From Podospora anserina (lineage: Eukaryota), in contig CM030338.1 of the NCBI GenBank assembly GCA_017654855.1, positions 620,001 through 684,000 of the forward strand: a DNA stretch of 64,000 nt. Direction: 5' to 3'. Shown here piece after piece: positions 61,056 through 64,000 of the stretch. The first letter of the stretch is position 1. Each line of letters starts with the position of its first letter. The notes under the pieces are model-generated. The model was not told the origin of the DNA and ran no database searches. It worked only from the letters and a program-made list of their open reading frames with translations. The position numbers and the translations under genes were made by a program.

Positions 61056-62528
61056 TTACTCCGGTAACTTTGTTGGTTTGGTTGCCGTCGTAGTAGACTT
61101 GTACAGCCACTGCGGGAACCTGACGCTGGGTTCGTCAAACATCCTCGTGACAATCTCGGCGAGCCATAATGTCAGCGGTAAGAGGATGATGTGTGGCGCC
61201 AGAAAGCTCAGCTCCATCCCCATGGGTCCCGTCTTGGGAAGCTCCCAGATGTTGACCCACTGAGGAAGGTTCTTCACTCGGTGCTCCTCCCACCACCCAA
61301 CTGCCGCGTAGAGCCGATCTCCCACCGTCCAGATCACCGGGCCGTGGACGAGATAGAAAGCAAACGATATCCTCCCCATGTGCTGACAGAACCGTGTCTC
61401 AAAGAAACGCTTGACCCATCCGATGTGTGGGATGGCAGCCACCAGCATGACGGCTGCAAAGAAGAGGAAAAACCACTTGACGTCGTAGATGGACTGCGAC
61501 TTGAGGAATGACAAGTAGTACCACCCCGGGTTCTTTCTCAACTCCTTCACATCCGCGCTGTGAGCCGGGATGCCCCCAAGCCACATGGCGATGAAGAAGC
61601 AGTGGTACATGATGATCATCTTGTACGGTCGGAGTCGCTCAAAAAAGGCCGGGAGCTCGTTCTTGCTGGCGAGTTGTTCGACGTCGCTGATGAACATGCC
61701 CGCAACAAAAAGGGCACAGTACCACCCATCCACGATGAACATGAAGTACCCCATCAGCCCGATTTGCAGCCACAGCCGCGCGTTTCGTGTGCACCTAGCA
61801 AAGGCAAGCGCCGCCGTGTACACGACGATGGACCCTTTCATCTCGACTGGGATGGACCAGAGGTGGAAGTTGTAAGACAAGATCTCGGCTCTGGTGTGGA
61901 AGATGAAGGTGAAGTTTTTGACCTCACAGTACCACCCCCAGATCTCAGCGCCCAACGAGGACGCCCTCTTCAGAGGTAAAACCCAGATGTTGAAGACGTA
62001 GGTGAAAACCATGTAAATAAACGTTGTGGTGATTAATGGGATGTAGAGCCGCAACCATCGCCGAAACAACGCGGATCCCAAATTGTCAGCAAGCTTTGCC
62101 TGGTCGCCTGATTGGATCAAGCTCATGGGCTTCATCGAGAGGACATATCCCGAGATGACGAAGAAGGTAGCCACGGCAAAGTGGCCGCCGTGGAAAAGGA
62201 TGCGGACGAAGGGCAAGGCTGCGAAGTAGCAGTAGCCATCATAGCAAAACGCCGACTCGAAGAACAGCCTCTGATCGGGCACGTGAGCCCAGAGTTGGTG
62301 GTGGTGAATGTAAACGAGAAAAGCGGCAAAGCCCCTAAGGCCATCGAGATATGCCGTCGGTCGTAGTTTGTCTGATTGTCCATGTGTCCTCGGCCATGGG
62401 CTGAGAAGTCGCCATATCTTGTTGACCCGTAGGGAAGCCAGCATCGATATCACGGCCGAGAGTGGGCCTGATGAGGCGTACTGATGCTTCCCCTGTCTGG
62501 ATTCCAGCTCAATCACGTCGCTGGGCAT
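61056..62528 (-). CDS. Acyltransferase-3 family (OafA-like) multi-pass O-acyltransferase
   Basis: YLDGLRGFAAFLV, FFVISGYVL, RRWLRL, HLWSIPVE and GRISFAFYLVH. Confidence 0.92.
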   Translation of the reverse strand: MPSDVIELESRQGKHQYASSGPLSAVISMLASLRVNKIWRLLSPWPRTHGQSDKLRPTAYLDGLRGFAAFLVYIHHHQLWAHVPDQRLFFESAFCYDGYCYFAALPFVRILFHGGHFAVATFFVISGYVLSMKPMSLIQSGDQAKLADNLGSALFRRWLRLYIPLITTTFIYMVFTYVFNIWVLPLKRASSLGAEIWGWYCEVKNFTFIFHTRAEILSYNFHLWSIPVEMKGSIVVYTAALAFARCTRNARLWLQIGLMGYFMFIVDGWYCALFVAGMFISDVEQLASKNELPAFFERLRPYKMIIMYHCFFIAMWLGGIPAHSADVKELRKNPGWYYLSFLKSQSIYDVKWFFLFFAAVMLVAAIPHIGWVKRFFETRFCQHMGRISFAFYLVHGPVIWTVGDRLYAAVGWWEEHRVKNLPQWVNIWELPKTGPMGMELSFLAPHIILLPLTLWLAEIVTRMFDEPSVRFPQWLYKSTTTATKPTKLPE

Positions 62529-64000
62529 CGTGGGCGACGGTGGTTGAGCGGGATCATGAAATGAAAGTTTCTCTCTGGGGAGTGGCTGGAACCCTCGTGA
62601 ATGTCGTCGTCGTTGATGAGTTGCCGTTGCAAAAAGGTTGGAATTTGTGAAAAGGGGGCTTTATCGCTGCTGACGGTTTGTTGTGCCCAGAACACTCAAT
62701 GCAACCCTGGCTTCAAGGGAGGTGATTGGACGTTTGCGTCCACACCCAAGGTCTTGGGAGGATCAGATTCAGGGCCAGGTTTCTCCAGCTTTAATCGCCA
62801 CGGCTGGACTGATGCGACAACGTAATGCCGTGTCTCCAGAGGGAAGGGCCGCGTGAGGATGGATAAGACAACATCGTGACAGTTTAATAAGAGCCTGGAC
62901 GCGTTGAAAACATCTGTTTGTGGGGGTCGAGATTGAGCTGTGGGGAGCCAAGACATCAAAAGCGAGCACGGCAAGCTGGGAGTTACATAATCAGTGAAGA
63001 CTTTCTCCCTAGACCGCATTCCTACATAGCACTTTACACCGGGCAATTGCATGAGAAGCATTCGCATTCCCTCCCCTCCTGTAATTTACGTCGCTGGAGA
63101 TTATCGCTTTGAACTAACGGTTGAGCATTTTCACTTTTCGACTCGTCCTCAGTCTCGACACCTGACAACAGACAACAGCAGAGGACCGGGGTAGGAGCGG
63201 AGCAAGCCGCCATGTCGGGGGGCACTCCTTGCTTTCCCCATACTCTTGGCAATGTTGCGCCGAGAAGAGCACAAGGTCTGATATCCACCTCGACATGATG
63301 CTATTCTCTGATATCAGGCTGTCAAATAGCTACGGTTTATGATATCACTATGCTAATCGTTCTCTACACTACAGGAATGCCCTAGTTTGAGCTTTCATTG
63401 TGCCTGTTCGGTATGGATGTGTTCGCTGCCTCCAAAAACAAGTGCGGAGGCATCTTCACATGCTGGCTGAAGGCCCTCTCAAGTCCCGCGGCTCAATCCA
63501 AACTGGAACCAGCTCCGCGCCCACCATGCAGGTGATGGCGCCTCCCCATCGATCTCAACTGCTGGGGAAGCGGAGAAATCGAGGGGAAAAGACAACCAAG
63601 ACAAGCTCAACGGCTGCACCAGTGCAACCCTCACGCATCATCATCCTTGCCGGCCCACCTGCCACTTTCTGGTAGAGATCGCTGTGTGGTACCTTGTGCC
63701 TTCCAGCCTGGGAGGCTGAAGCATCGTCACTGGCCACGGCAGCATGGGAGATGGAGAGGGCCCTCACCATGGCGCCTCTCCGCACTGAGACAGTCCTTGA
63801 ATCTCCACCACCCTAGCCAGTAGTTCCTGCGCCCGTTCTCTGAGCCAGGGTGTCGCTCTTATAAGCCAACCTCTAGGATTGGCCAGAGAGACGATCAGAG
63901 AGGGACTGCCTCCAGCAACTGGACCTGATCACATCCTGTTCCTTGGACAGGCCCCGGCACTACACCTTCTCTCCCCGCCGTGACATTCAGCCATGTGCGG

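Overview
Gene-dense, intron-containing eukaryotic DNA from a filamentous ascomycete. It is most consistent with Sordariales, and Podospora-like by inference from gene content and codon style; the organism cannot be proven from the sequence alone. The left ~24 kb looks like an accessory/immune region. It holds a partial NLR gene (N-terminal hydrophobic anchor, SesB-like alpha/beta-hydrolase, NB-ARC, and at least 10 near-identical 126-bp TPR repeats; absent from the ORF track because it runs off the window) head-to-head with a DUF6601-like membrane protein. It also holds a solo LTR with a 5-bp target-site duplication, a gypsy relic, a head-to-head degenerate-NACHT/AAA+ ATPase pair, a HET-domain gene and decayed genes. 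The middle has a NiCoT nickel transporter, a methyltransferase, two DUF1996 paralogs, a divergent Sec11-like peptidase, an MBOAT acyltransferase, a small secreted prepro-protein and two intronless bacterial-type genes (YdeI/OmdA-like and NtaA/DszA-like monooxygenase). The right part carries the best candidate for an undescribed system: a cellulose-synthase-like GT2, a GPI-anchored GH12 and a UDP-glucose dehydrogenase side by side. These are flanked by an AA9 LPMO and, further on, by an acyltransferase-3 plus GH130/BMT-like beta-propeller pair, suggesting a cell-surface polysaccharide synthesis and modification cluster. Exon boundaries were read by eye and family calls come from motif recognition, not database searches.
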